DNA from: a virus
Reading direction: 5' to 3' (one strand)
IMG/VR virus record: IMGVR_UViG_3300032116_000155
Location: 3,461-67,460 of that record
Length of the DNA: 64,000 bases
This document shows, piece by piece, positions 19,467-32,700 of the stretch. The position numbers and the translations under genes were made by a program. Numbering within the stretch: position 1 is the first letter of the stretch; the number at the start of each line of letters is the position of its first letter. Under the pieces are notes generated by a model. It did no database searches. It was not told where the DNA came from and worked only from the letters and a program-made list of their open reading frames with translations.

Positions 19467-21503
19467 ATGCCAAAAACACAGGAGCAATTATTAGAAGAGA
19501 TTAGTCAAGAACTAAGAGCTATTAGAAATAGTGGTGGATTCGGAGGTGGAGGAGGTAATTATGGTGGTGGCGGAGGAGGTGGAGGATATACGCCTCCGGC
19601 ACCATCGGCATCAAGTGGCGATATGTACAAAATACCATTTGGTGAAGTTACAGATATTACAGATAAAGCAGGTGAAATAACTAGGAGGCTAATAGATAAT
19701 GGTTTGGATTTTGGTAAATCAATAACTTATATATTCGATCAAATAACAAATGCTTTGATAGGAACTTTTACTCAGTCATTTGACATGTTCCGAAAACAAG
19801 AAGCTGAAGTATCTAGATTATTTGGCGGTATGGATGGTTTTGCTAAAACCATTACTGCTACTATAAATGATGCAATACCACCGGCAAGAGCGTTGGGTTT
19901 TACCCAAGAGCAAGTTTTACAACTACAAAAAGATGTTATAAAAACAACACAAACGCAAACACTATTAAGTAGTGAACAATATGCTAAATTATTAACATCA
20001 GCATCTCTAGTATCAGATAGTGTACAAGGTGCTGGAGCTGTTGTTACTAGAATGATGCCTGAGTTTGTAAAGGCTGGTTATTCCTTAAATAATATCTCTA
20101 TTGAGATGGAGGGTATCTTAAATAAGACTCGTATGCTTGGTGTTGCGTCTCAAGCAACATATCAACAAATACAAGAAAATATGGGTAGAATGAACCTCTT
20201 TAATTTTGAAGGGGGGGTTCAAGGATTAGCTAAGATGGCGGCGAATGCTGCTTTGATTAGAATTGATATGAGAGAGACATTAAATGTCGCAGACAGCTTA
20301 TTTAAGCCAGAAAAAGCCGTAGAAATGGCGGCAGGGTTTCAAAGGTTAGGTGTTCAAGTTAGTGAGTTATTAGATCCATATTCGTTAATGGACATGGCAA
20401 GAAACGATCCGGAAAGATTACAGGAATCGTTAACTAAAGCGTTAGAACAATATACCGTTTTTAACGAAAAAACACAAAAATTTGAATTGATGAAAGGTGC
20501 TCAAGGATTTATTCGTGAGTTATCTGAAGTAACCGGGATTAGTTCAAAACAATTAGCAGAATGGTCAATATCAGCAACTGAGCTATCAAAAAAAATGAGT
20601 GAAATAAGATTTTCAAGTGATATAGCTACAGAAGAGGATCGTAAAATGATAGCATCTATGGCTCAATTAGGGGAGAAAGGTTCTAAGATTGAAGGTAAAT
20701 ATTATGTTAACTTAGTTAATGAACAGACAGGAATTGAAGAACAGAAATTAGTTAGCGAATTAAGTAAAGATGATTTAGATAAATTGGTGAAAATGAATGA
20801 GCCAAAATCTTTGATAGATTTACAAAAAGAGGCTAATGGATATCTTCAAAATTTGAAATACTTGAGAGAATCTAGAGAAGGCGTTATTCAAAGAGCTCTT
20901 GCTGCTGATCCTAATTTAGATAAACTTTATAGGAGTACTACTGAAGCTTCTACAAAATTAACTGTAGGTATAAATAAATTAGTTGGTGTTGTTGAAAAAA
21001 ACAATGGACTTATAGATGCTTCATCAGCTAGACTAAAAATTACAGATACAACTAGAACTATATATGAAGATATAAAAAATTCTGAGGGTTTTATAAATAC
21101 AGCAGAAAGTGTTGTGACTGGTATAGGTGATATAGTTAAAGATATTATTAACGGGATTAAAGAAGGTATACCTGACGCATATAAAACAGGTATGGAATAT
21201 ACACCACCAAAATTGGAGCCTAAGGATAAGAATCCATATGGTAATAGAACCACACAAAGTGTACCTAGTGTCGTACCTAATGTTAATTCTGGTGTTCCTA
21301 GTAGTTCTTCTGGACCAATAACACCTCAAAGTGCTCAAAAACAAGAAACTAATACTAATGTCAGTGGTAAAGTTAGCGTTGATGTTAATGTAAATTCAAG
21401 TAATATTGATCCCGCATTAGAAAGATGGCTTAAAGAGGTTGGTTATAAAATAATTGAAGAAAAATTAAGGGAAAAAGGAATAATAGCTGGTGATGGTAAG
21501 TAA
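19467..21503 (+). CDS. tape measure-like protein
   Basis: Ala/Leu/Met/Gln-rich helical sequence after tube and chaperone. Gly-rich N-terminal linker, and KVSVDVNVN near the C-terminus. Confidence 0.7.
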   Translation: MPKTQEQLLEEISQELRAIRNSGGFGGGGGNYGGGGGGGGYTPPAPSASSGDMYKIPFGEVTDITDKAGEITRRLIDNGLDFGKSITYIFDQITNALIGTFTQSFDMFRKQEAEVSRLFGGMDGFAKTITATINDAIPPARALGFTQEQVLQLQKDVIKTTQTQTLLSSEQYAKLLTSASLVSDSVQGAGAVVTRMMPEFVKAGYSLNNISIEMEGILNKTRMLGVASQATYQQIQENMGRMNLFNFEGGVQGLAKMAANAALIRIDMRETLNVADSLFKPEKAVEMAAGFQRLGVQVSELLDPYSLMDMARNDPERLQESLTKALEQYTVFNEKTQKFELMKGAQGFIRELSEVTGISSKQLAEWSISATELSKKMSEIRFSSDIATEEDRKMIASMAQLGEKGSKIEGKYYVNLVNEQTGIEEQKLVSELSKDDLDKLVKMNEPKSLIDLQKEANGYLQNLKYLRESREGVIQRALAADPNLDKLYRSTTEASTKLTVGINKLVGVVEKNNGLIDASSARLKITDTTRTIYEDIKNSEGFINTAESVVTGIGDIVKDIINGIKEGIPDAYKTGMEYTPPKLEPKDKNPYGNRTTQSVPSVVPNVNSGVPSSSSGPITPQSAQKQETNTNVSGKVSVDVNVNSSNIDPALERWLKEVGYKIIEEKLREKGIIAGDGK

Positions 21504-21552
21504 TGAAAAAAACCAGAATGATATCTATTTATATTATAAAAATATAAATTAG

Positions 21553-24500
21553 ATGCCAAGTTATTTAACCTTTGCAGCGACAGAACAATACAGATCAGTT
21601 CTTATGGCGAGAAATCTCTCGCCATATACTGTTCCTGGGGTTTATTCTCCTAATGTTGGTAATTTAACATATGAAACTGTATTAAGAGATGAGGGTGTTT
21701 ACGATTCACCTGACAGCTTAATTGCAGATGATCCATTTGCGGATTTATTATATCCGTTAAATGCATATGGCCCTTTAGGTGGTTACAACAAAGAAATAAA
21801 CGCCGGTGGGTTAGCTAATACTAAAAGTAACTTAGGTGTTTATGATGTTACAGATACTAGGCTACCGCTATTAAGTTTCCCAATTGAAAGCCAAATACCA
21901 ACACAAAATAAATATTCTTTTGATTCAATAAACTTGGAATCAACAGAATATGTTCAATTGACCCCCCAATTTAGTTTTTATGCTAATCCAGGGCCGATAT
22001 CTTTTGTACCTTCTCAATATACACCATATCAAATATTATTAAATGATAATCCATTTGGTTCAGATGGTTCATTATCTCAGGATTCATCTTTAGCACAATT
22101 AGGTGCTAGGTCTTTAAGGGATGATTTCAGGAATAGAATTGCTAGAGAAATAGAGCAAAACACATTAGGTAGAATAAATTTACCAAATGTTTACAATGAT
22201 CCGATACTTGCTGTTCAGATATTACAAGGCAAAGTGCCTTTGGTTGAAAGGGACTGGGTTATTACTAGGCCGGATAATGTATTGGTTAATGCCGCAGATT
22301 TATTAACTAGGTTAAGTGGGGCGTATTTTCCAGGTTCATTGATTCCTGGGGAGTATTTCACTTTAGATAGTCATAGTCTAAATTTATATAGTCAAGTCGC
22401 AAATTCGTTTGAGGGCGAAAATAGAAGTCTTGTTGGTAGGCTTTTATTTAGACAAAATCTAGATCCGTCACAACTATTTTTAAATAATACAGGTGGTGGC
22501 CAAAAATCTCAAATGTATTTTACTTTAGGGTTTAACAAATATGGCCCTGAGTATGATAGGTCTATATTGGGGGAATTCATAGAAAAGGGTAAAAATGCCT
22601 TAGCTTCTTTATTTGACATACCTATAAAGGGGGGTTACTATGTCGGTAGTAAACAAAATGACCCTTCAAGAGCTGAAAGTCCTTCAGGCAAGATGCCTTT
22701 AAATTCACAAGGTGGTGAAATAGAATCTATTGTATACGGCCCAGATGTTTTAGCTAAATTGTACGAGCCAACGATTGATAATGTTAAATTTGGTCTTCTT
22801 GGCGATTCTTTTTACGATAATGGAGGTATAAGTGGTGGATTAACATGGTCAACAGTTAGTTCTGATCTAAAAGCCGGTTATAAAGTAGGTAAAGGCGGTG
22901 ATCAAATAGCCAGGGATGAGGAGTATAATCAAACAACTTCATATATTAAGTTATCAACAAGTGCAGATCAAGACTTTAGAGACGGATCTATTTTATATCA
23001 AACCCAGAAACTTGTAGAAGCTGGTCAAAATGATTTAAAGCATGTTGGTAATGCGATAAATCAAATTAGCAAAGTTTTTAATGATGGTTATAAAGAGATA
23101 ACTAAGGGTTCTAGAGTTATGTCTTATGTTAATGAAAATGGGGCTGAAGTTGGTAAAGAATATTGTCGTATCTTTACTAAAGATACGCCATATATGACAT
23201 ATGGAGATCTTCAAAAAACAGATGGTAATATACGTAAATTTAGTTATTCTGTTCTAGATAATACGTATAACTTAAACATTGCACCATTAAAAAGCACAAG
23301 TTCTAGCACATCAACAAATATAAAAGATGGTCAGGTACAAAAATATATGTTTTCTTTGGAAAATCTAGCCTGGAGAACTTCTAACCGAAATGGCTTTAGA
23401 GTTTCAGATTTACCTGATTGCGAAAAAGGACCAAATGGGGGTAGAATTATGTGGTTCCCGCCATACGATTTAAAATTTAATGAGAGTACAACTATAGGTT
23501 TTGATGGTAATAGTTTTTTAGGTAGACCAGAACCTGTTTTCACTTATAAAAATACGACTAGAACTGGATCTTTAAGTTGGACAATTCTTGTTGATCACCC
23601 TTCAATATTAAATGTTATTGTAAACAAAGAATTAAACGGTAAAAGAAAAGAGGAAATAAATGGTATTGTAGATTCTTTCTTTGCTGGGTGTAAAAAATAT
23701 GATATATATGAGTTAGCTAGAAAGTATAATATGCTTTCAATTAACGAGTTATTTGATTTACAACAAATAATTAATAACCCTAATGCCACAGAAGAAGTTG
23801 TTACTCAAGTTCTTGAGGAAATTGTTGTAGATACACCAATACCGCCATCAAGCCAAACCGTAACTAATGCAGTTCTTAATAGTTTTATTAATTTTTCATT
23901 TTTTTTCGACAATGATGAACCTCCAAGATTGCCAAACGATGAAATTTTATCTGATTTAGACTACAGAACGTTGTATAATAACTACGTAAGTCAAAATAAC
24001 ATACTTTTATATAAAAACCAATCAGGATCTAATAGTAATCAAGTTGAAAACTTTTTCAATGATGCGGTTATATATAATTTTGATCAAATATCTGAACTAC
24101 AAAATACATTAGTAACATTTTTTGTTGAAAACCCTGACTCTTCAATAGTAATATCATTGCAAAGTAGTACATCTTCACGGGCATCAATAAGATATAACCA
24201 AGCATTATCGTTAAGACGAATAGATTCTATCAAAAAATTTTTCGAGTCTAATCCTGATCTATCTGGGTATATATCTAACAATCAGTTACAAATTTTGTAT
24301 GGTCCAGCATACGGTGAAGAAGCAACTTCATCATATGTAAATGCTGCAAATCAAAAATATGGCCCTTATAATTGTACTGATAACGATAGGAACAACACAG
24401 ATTATAATAATATTTATTCGACAAACGCTATGGCTTGTAGGCGAGTTTGGATTGATAAAATTGAGATAAATAGATCTACGACAAATCAGTTACCAACTAA

Positions 24501-26460
24501 TGGTGCTAATCCAACAAATAATCCTGGTACAAATAAAATAACAATAAGTAAGGATGTTAAACAAAATGTTCCGGTTCCACCAACTATAGGAATAAAACAA
24601 AGTATTAAAGATGGTATAAGTAAAAAAATACTTAGAAAGTTATTGAATGAGTGTGATTATTTCAGTTTGATTGAAGAATCAAATCCAATGTTTAAAGACA
24701 ACATAAAAGAAAAAATAAAATATTTTGATCCGGTATTTCATTCTATTACACCTGAAGGTTTAAACTCTAGACTTACGTTCTTACAGCAATGTTCTAGGCC
24801 GGGAGATACAATTCCAATTATAGGATTAGATGGTAAACCTAAATATAATAATGCAACAAATACGGCTTTTGGTGCACCACCAGTTTTAGTTTTAAGAGTT
24901 GGCGATTTTTTTTATACCAAAATTATACCAACTAGTATCCAGGTTTCATATGAAAATTTAGATATAAATCCTGAGGGTATTGGTGTGCAACCAATGTTGG
25001 CAAAAGTAACGTTAGGTTTTAATTTTATTGGAGGTTCAGGATTGAAAGGCCCTATCGATAGATTACAGAACGCTCTTTCATTTAATTACTATGCTAACAC
25101 AGAAATGTACGATGAAAGGGCTGATGCTACTGATGAATCATACAAAAAAATAGATAGTGATTTAGTTGATGCTATTATAAATAGCACACCTATTGTCGGT
25201 GTTAATAACCTTGATGATCCATTACTCAATAATGGAGGGGCAACCATTGGTATAATTGAAACGTCGACACAAACGCAACAAGGTCTTAATGGTACAATAA
25301 ATTATAAAAATATAATGGACTCATTATTAGAGAATGGGCAATTATATATGAACACATATGTTAACAAAGCATCACAAATAGTTGATGAGTATAACTACCC
25401 AATTTTAACTGCTTTTATACAAAATAGAAACTATGTTAACGGATATACTAATGAATTTGTTTTCCCTAAAGAATTAAAAATATTTGGTAAACCAAATAAT
25501 ATTGATTCGCACTTAAATAGTATAGTAAATGCTGTATATAATGATATTGAGATAATAAAATCAAAAAAATCAGAAGAAAACGGTCTGTTTTATATTAAAA
25601 CATTATATGATAAAAATTTTGATAAAAACGTAATTAAACAAATTAAACAAAATCTAAAAAAGATTATTTCTGACACTAGTCCAACAATATCAACTGGCCT
25701 TAATTCATGTAACAACGACATATGTTCGTCAGAAATAAAATTAATTAATACTTTATCTAAGATAGATTTTGTAATAACAAATTCTGATGGTTTAATACGT
25801 AAAGATCAACAAATTAAGATATACAATATTTCTGGTACAACGACTAACAGTGTTAACAGTAATTCAGAATTAGTTTCCGATTATACAAAAGCTAGCGATG
25901 ATTTATATACATATTACAATGATTTAATAACATATAATTTGTTAGATGTAACATTTAATGTTGATAGTCTAACTATGTCACCAAATTATGATGATATTGA
26001 AGTTTTTAAAAATGAAAATAATATATTTAATTTTGCAAGTTATTGGGCGGCAGAGTCCAGGTTTTATGCTATAATGTCTAAAACAATTTTAAATGATAAT
26101 AGTTTTGAAACATTTATAACTAATTTAGTACCAAAAGATATTATGAATAGCCCAAGTGGTGATAATGGTAAAAAATTAGTTGAAGTTACTAGAACTTATT
26201 TTTTAGAAATTAAAAGATATTACAATATAATACACCAAAAACAGAAAGATATTGTTAAGAAATTTATTGATTCTCAAAACTATAAAGACGTTTATGGGAA
26301 AAATTGGCTACCATATCCAACAAATAAATCTAGAATTTTTACATTTAATGATTATATTCCAGGAACAGATGTTCAAAAAACAAGATTACAAAATCTTTAT
26401 AAAAATGGAAATTCTAACACAAGTGTTAGCACTTTCAATGGTAAAACAAAATTAAATTAA
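21553..26460 (+). CDS. large baseplate / tube-initiator protein with inserted OmpA-like domain
   Basis: Tube-initiator-like segments FPPYDLKFNE...FLGRPEPVFTYKNTTR and PPVLVLRVGDF...QPMLAKVTLGF flank an OmpA-like YNQALSLRRIDS...RRV segment. Confidence 0.6.
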   Translation: MPSYLTFAATEQYRSVLMARNLSPYTVPGVYSPNVGNLTYETVLRDEGVYDSPDSLIADDPFADLLYPLNAYGPLGGYNKEINAGGLANTKSNLGVYDVTDTRLPLLSFPIESQIPTQNKYSFDSINLESTEYVQLTPQFSFYANPGPISFVPSQYTPYQILLNDNPFGSDGSLSQDSSLAQLGARSLRDDFRNRIAREIEQNTLGRINLPNVYNDPILAVQILQGKVPLVERDWVITRPDNVLVNAADLLTRLSGAYFPGSLIPGEYFTLDSHSLNLYSQVANSFEGENRSLVGRLLFRQNLDPSQLFLNNTGGGQKSQMYFTLGFNKYGPEYDRSILGEFIEKGKNALASLFDIPIKGGYYVGSKQNDPSRAESPSGKMPLNSQGGEIESIVYGPDVLAKLYEPTIDNVKFGLLGDSFYDNGGISGGLTWSTVSSDLKAGYKVGKGGDQIARDEEYNQTTSYIKLSTSADQDFRDGSILYQTQKLVEAGQNDLKHVGNAINQISKVFNDGYKEITKGSRVMSYVNENGAEVGKEYCRIFTKDTPYMTYGDLQKTDGNIRKFSYSVLDNTYNLNIAPLKSTSSSTSTNIKDGQVQKYMFSLENLAWRTSNRNGFRVSDLPDCEKGPNGGRIMWFPPYDLKFNESTTIGFDGNSFLGRPEPVFTYKNTTRTGSLSWTILVDHPSILNVIVNKELNGKRKEEINGIVDSFFAGCKKYDIYELARKYNMLSINELFDLQQIINNPNATEEVVTQVLEEIVVDTPIPPSSQTVTNAVLNSFINFSFFFDNDEPPRLPNDEILSDLDYRTLYNNYVSQNNILLYKNQSGSNSNQVENFFNDAVIYNFDQISELQNTLVTFFVENPDSSIVISLQSSTSSRASIRYNQALSLRRIDSIKKFFESNPDLSGYISNNQLQILYGPAYGEEATSSYVNAANQKYGPYNCTDNDRNNTDYNNIYSTNAMACRRVWIDKIEINRSTTNQLPTNGANPTNNPGTNKITISKDVKQNVPVPPTIGIKQSIKDGISKKILRKLLNECDYFSLIEESNPMFKDNIKEKIKYFDPVFHSITPEGLNSRLTFLQQCSRPGDTIPIIGLDGKPKYNNATNTAFGAPPVLVLRVGDFFYTKIIPTSIQVSYENLDINPEGIGVQPMLAKVTLGFNFIGGSGLKGPIDRLQNALSFNYYANTEMYDERADATDESYKKIDSDLVDAIINSTPIVGVNNLDDPLLNNGGATIGIIETSTQTQQGLNGTINYKNIMDSLLENGQLYMNTYVNKASQIVDEYNYPILTAFIQNRNYVNGYTNEFVFPKELKIFGKPNNIDSHLNSIVNAVYNDIEIIKSKKSEENGLFYIKTLYDKNFDKNVIKQIKQNLKKIISDTSPTISTGLNSCNNDICSSEIKLINTLSKIDFVITNSDGLIRKDQQIKIYNISGTTTNSVNSNSELVSDYTKASDDLYTYYNDLITYNLLDVTFNVDSLTMSPNYDDIEVFKNENNIFNFASYWAAESRFYAIMSKTILNDNSFETFITNLVPKDIMNSPSGDNGKKLVEVTRTYFLEIKRYYNIIHQKQKDIVKKFIDSQNYKDVYGKNWLPYPTNKSRIFTFNDYIPGTDVQKTRLQNLYKNGNSNTSVSTFNGKTKLN

Positions 26461-26783
26461 TGAGTGAGTTATATTATAATAGATATACTAATTTTTTAAT
26501 TAATGGACAGCAAACTGTTGTACCATATGTTAATATACCAGAAAAAACATCTGATAAACGATATATCTATAAAAACGGTATAAGTCGATTGGACAAGGTA
26601 AGCCAGGAATATTATGGAACACCATTATTTGGGTGGCTAATATTAGCAGCAAATCCAATTTATGGTGGGATAGAATGGAATATACCGGATAATAGTATTC
26701 TTAGGATACCGTTTCCTTTAGTTTCTTCGGTCCAAGATTATGAGGCTGAATTAAAAAATCATTTTTTTTATTATGGTAGGTGA
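26460..26783 (+). CDS. baseplate wedge protein, LysM-like (gp53-like)
   Basis: RLDKVSQEYYG...GWLILAANP...LRIP. Confidence 0.8.
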   Translation: MSELYYNRYTNFLINGQQTVVPYVNIPEKTSDKRYIYKNGISRLDKVSQEYYGTPLFGWLILAANPIYGGIEWNIPDNSILRIPFPLVSSVQDYEAELKNHFFYYGR

Positions 26784-29700
26784 TGATAATGTTTTAGTTG
26801 AGTTTGATTATCAAAACGTAGTTTTGGTTGATCCAAATAAAGTTGTTGATTCAGAAGGCAGGGCGAAAGAAAGGTTACTAAAACACGAAAATTTAGTTTA
26901 TTATGCAAATTTAGAATGCAATCTATATCCAAGGACTAGGTTAGCTGTAGATAGTGTTGGTAATGTTGATAATAGAACTGTATCAATAGCTAAAATTGAT
27001 TATTTAAATCCCTCTGGGAAATACTATCTAGAGAATGCATATGTTGATGATCTAACAGGTTTAAACAGTACCTCTGAAACTGGTAGTGTTAACCAAATTA
27101 TTGAGAAACAAGTAAATAACTCAAATCAAGTTTACCAAGAAACAAGGAATAAAGTTAATACAGATTTATTATTAATAAGTAGAATAAAGGTTGAAACAGG
27201 ATTAAGCCTTACTCCGGCAGTAACTATTGAATTACAAGATATCAGAGGACGTGCTTTGTTTGAGCAAGGTGAAAATTCGCCATATTCGATCTTTTTTAAT
27301 TATCCATATCCGTTGTTTTATTTAACTATTAAAGGTTACTTAGGTAAAGCTATTAAGTATCAGCTTACACTTAGGACTTTTAACGCTAGTTTTGACGCTG
27401 GTAGCGGTAATTTTATTATTAGTCTTAGTTTTTATGCCTTCAAATATAATGTATTGACAAATTTAATGATGCAGTATGTTGAGGCATCACCGTATATGTA
27501 TAAAAGTAAATATCTGGAAAGCAATAATGGTGAAAAAATAACGTATCGAGGTTATCAAAAAATGAAAGAAGTTTACTCTGAATATAAGAGTAAAGGTTTG
27601 ATTGATGCTAATTTTCCTGAGATAACAATACGAGAATTAATAAATAGGCTTAGCCTTCTTGAAACATATATATTAAACACATTTAATGATGTTGATATAT
27701 CAGAGTTAACTAATGCCGAAAAATATTTAAATGAACTGGTAAATTATGAGAAAAGAGTATATGTGTTTAGTGATTCCTGGTATAATACATATATAGATCA
27801 GTCTGATTTCTACATAACAAGTGACGGTAACAGGTTATACAAACTAAAAAAAGAAATTTTTGAGAACAATAAAGTATCTGAGGCATTAAGTATCCTAAAA
27901 AAAATTATTGATGAAGAAAACGATATTTTATCTAAAAATGAAATATTTGGTATTGGTAAGAAATATTCTATAACAAATGATATAAATGAATCAGATTTTT
28001 ATTTTTTCGTTTCTAAAGAGTCTGATATTGACTGGGAAAAAACATATACTGTAAAAACTGGCCGTAATGACTACGATTCGGATAATTTTTTAGATTTTAA
28101 AAATATAAATTATGCGTTATTTCTGTTAAATCAAAATAAAGAGTACGTTTTTGTTTTTGATGGTAAAAATAGGTTTTTAAGTAAGATATCTATATTACAG
28201 AACATTGCCACATCTAAATTAAATACAATTCAAGATGATTTAACTAATCTGTTAAAAAGTCGGTTAAGTAACGACAAAAATGGCTTGGGCTTTAAGCCAA
28301 CATTAAAAAATGTAATAGCTGTAATTTTAGCAAACACAGAATCCTTTTTAAGGATGATGTGTGATGTACATGAAAAAGCTTGGAATGTAAGGAATGAAAA
28401 AATACGAATAGACGCTATTTTAAGCCCAGATAAAACAGCTTCGAGTGTAGATAGTAAGGATAGTGTTTCAACAGGTAACAATAATTTAAGTCCAGTTTAT
28501 CCTTGGCCCCAATATTTCGTAGAGAAAAATGAGGGTGAGAGATTTATATTAACGTATCCTGGAGATAATTCAGTAATATCTAATACTAAAGGATATTTGT
28601 ATGATGTGTGGCCTGAAGTAGAATTTGTCGAGGAATATCTAAAAGCAAAACAAATTACTAAGGACGACGTTTTTAACTATGTTGTTGGCAGCACTATAGT
28701 AAATGAGCGTGATGGGGTTAATCGAATTACGTTCAACTCGATTGATTTCCCCAATAATTATTCGATATTCAGAAATAAACAAGAGGTTAAATTTATCTAT
28801 GAGATCTGGGAGAGAGTCTTTTTATATTCATTCTATCAAAGATTCGGTGGTGATTTAGCTAAAAATGAATTGATTGGATTATTGTCAGATTTAGAGTCTA
28901 CGAATATAGTTAATTCCCTTCTAGGCGAGTCTCCATTTTTGATACAAAAATTAAAAAACCTTAATTTAAATTCGGCGAATTACATAGGTACATTATATCA
29001 AATTTCAAATTTAGGTATTGGAGAATCTTGGCAGAAGTTTATTAGAGATATATTTGTAACTGATTATATTGAATCTGAGACAACATCTAATTTTAGAGTA
29101 TATGACGTTGATGAGATTAGATCTAATGTAAATAAAGTTAATGTTTCTATAAATTATGATAAATTAACTTCATATTTAAAGTCAACAGCAACTAATACGC
29201 CAAGGTTTTTAGATACGTACCCTTTTGTTATTAACAATTGGGGATCCGGAAATATGTCTTCAGGCATATTCCATAATGATGTTCGTAGTTTATATAATAC
29301 AGCTTATACATATAAAGTTAATGATTCTACAAAATTAATATGTAATTTCGATTTTAATACGGCAGATTATATTAGGCCGATGACTAATTTTACTTATATT
29401 AATAGTGAAAATCCATTGACTGTACTTGGAACATCACAGAACTTGTCTAGTTTTTATACTCAAAGAGTAAATGATGTTAAAAGCCAACAAGTAACTGAAG
29501 GTGTTGTAAGCTACATTAATTATAGTGGAAACGTATCATTTACTCAGACCACATCAATGTTAAATACTCCATATTTTGTTAACTCGTTAGTTAGTGACAT
29601 AGATAGGTGGTATATAGACGATGATCAAAATCCATATGTAAGGTCCGCTTATTTATTTTTAAATAGCTTACCTTTAGCCACTCTTAGAGAGAAATACAAA

Positions 29701-32700
29701 AAGGAAAGCACTGATTTCTTATTTAATTTTGATACCGATTATATATTTGCATCTATAAAGAAGTTTGGGGCACTTCATAAGTTACCTTATGCCTGGATAT
29801 TAAAGTATGGGTCAATTTGGTACCGTTATAAAAAAATGGTTAATGATGGCGTTGACATTTTGGATGACGTATGGAATAATTTTGATTATACTAAAAACTT
29901 TGATCCTGTTGGTGAAGACATTACCAAAACATATGATTTGAAATTGTCTGACGGAACACAAATTTCTTACGGGTTAGAAACAACATCTAATGTTGGGGCG
30001 ACATCTGTAACTAACATTAACGTTGGATTTTACCCTAAACTAGTAAATAACTTTAATATATTTTATCGAGGGTATGAATTGTTTTCCGGTTATACTAATG
30101 ATGCAATTAATAACAGTTTATCTAACACTAGTAATGGATTTACGTTGACTAACGTTACAGATTCATTATTGAATGTTTCTTCTGCTACTGAAATTTTTAA
30201 TTTAAATGCGTGGAATTGCACTATCTTAGATTCAAAGGCTAATTTAGAATATATAGTACCATCTTTTGGTAGCAACATAAACCAAGTTAAAAATGAATGT
30301 ATAAATGATGACAACACTATTAAGATACCAATCAAATCAAATCCTGCCATTTATAATGGATCTGTTAGAAGTTTTTGGGCATTACCTAATTATGGCTATT
30401 TTGATAATTCAAAAGTTAATAAACCTAGCCATACAAAATATATAAAGTCAGTAAATAGCACATCTAACGATCAGTCGGCTTTCAATCTTAATAAAGAAGA
30501 ATTATATACGACTATAGAAGAGATTTTCTCCGTATTTGATAAAGAGATATTGGATTACATGGAATCTGAATTTTTAAAATTTACAACATCAAGATACAAT
30601 GTTCAAATTAAAGCTATTGATGAACAAACAATAGTAAAAACAAAATTTGATGCTTTATTACCTTCGCCGGATAATTTGTATTTAAACTTTCAATTATTAA
30701 TGACTAAATTAATGAGCATTGATAAGTTAAATATAAATAAAACAAGTTCTAGGTTACAAACGGAAAGTATATCTGAGTTTCAATTTAAAAATATCGTATC
30801 TACATTAAGAGGATTTTTAGACTATGAAGTTGTACTTAAAATAGGGAATCCTGGTAATTTTAATCGTAGATTGTTTGATAGTTATTCTAATGGAGTCTTC
30901 TTAGAAGATAAGATAAGTTTTGCACCATATTCTTCAGGGTCAATAAATCCAAATGCAAATCCTGAGGCGTTTAAAGCATTAAAAACTAATGTTGGTTTTT
31001 CAACTATAAATGGGATTAAGTATAATAACGATGGGACTGGTAATAGTTATATCTTTGACTTTTTCAGCGATGTGAATGTTGAATTCTCGGTAGAATCAAT
31101 TGAAACTTTAGCCCCACTAATAAAAATATATGCAACTCAAAAAGCTTTAGATCCAACGTACAATAGTATCAAATTTAGAACTGATATAACAACATTTATA
31201 AATGAACAATCAGCATTTAATAGTTTATTATTGGACCAAGTAATGACTAAGGCTAGAACTAAGTTACCTAATATATCTGGAGTATCTGATAGTAGTAAGC
31301 CAAGTGAATTAGAGGGTGAGCAGACTAAATTAGAATTATGGGAGCTATTTAAAGGTATAAACGACACCTGGATAGCAGGATATGATTATACACAAACAAC
31401 GTTTTTGGAGGATGTGTTATTATTAGATCGTGGTAATAGAAATATTTCTGATGAAGCATTTATTGACCCGTTGAAAGTTAAAAATTTGTTTACTAATGTA
31501 AATCCTAAGGCGTCAGTATATGTTTATCTAGAAACTTTGATTAGGGATCATAATTTTAATGTTATGATGCATCCTGGCTATGTAAATTACTATAATGTAC
31601 AAACTGTCACTAAAAATTCTACGCCTAGGTTTGAAAACACTTTAGAGTTTGGAAATACTCTATTTGGCACTTTTCTTAATGTGGATACTAGAGAATCATC
31701 GCCAAAACTTGTCTGTATTTACAATGCAGTACCTAGTCAGCACCCAGATATTAAAGGTACTGGGGATAATGATTTTTACAAGTTTAAGTCTGACACTTTT
31801 GGTTTAACTAGATCAAATAATAATCCGATACTAGATCCCTTAACAAACAAAATAGATTGGGGGTTATCTAATAGAGTTGTAGGATTTAATGTTGATATTG
31901 GAATCAGGAATCAAAATGTGTTTTACAATTTCAATGTTAGTCAAAACTTAGGTAAAGCTACATCTGAAAGTATAGTGCAAGAAACAAATATGATTGAACA
32001 AGCAAATGGAAAGTTTTTTGCTACACAAAACGTGTCATTATTTGAATTTTATAAATCAAGATCGTATGAATGTTCTGTTACCTCATTAGGTAATGCCATG
32101 ATTCAGCCAAGCATGTACTTTAATTTAAAGCATGTTCCTATGTTCAATGGCACATATATGATAACATCTGTTGACCATTCTATCGTTCCTGGCAAATTTG
32201 ACACATCATTTAAAGGTATTCGTCAAAGTATGTTCTCATATCCTAAAGAATATGAAACATATATTCAGACGATAACTAAAAGGATGTTTTCTGAGATAAC
32301 AAGTAAATTTAAAAATAACACGTCTTCAGCTAACAATACGCCTAATAACGATCCGAACAAGATTAGTAAAATAGATCCGACACAAAATTGCTCATCATCA
32401 TTAAACTCAGCGTATAGTACATATACATTTGGAAATATCAGTAATTCTACTATTAATGTTAAAGATTTGGGCTCAATCATAGCATCTAACACAACAAACC
32501 CTGTAAGTAGAAATTTATGTTTTGTTTCATGCTATGTTAACACTTTTAGTACAACATCAAATGCCTTTGTTTCGTCTAATAATAATTATGCTAATATTTT
32601 GTTAAATAGATCATGGGGCAGTGGGTTGTCTAATTTTTTCGACAAAACATATATATGTGGAATAAAGAATGATGTTTCAATTCCACTAGCAAGTTTTGGT

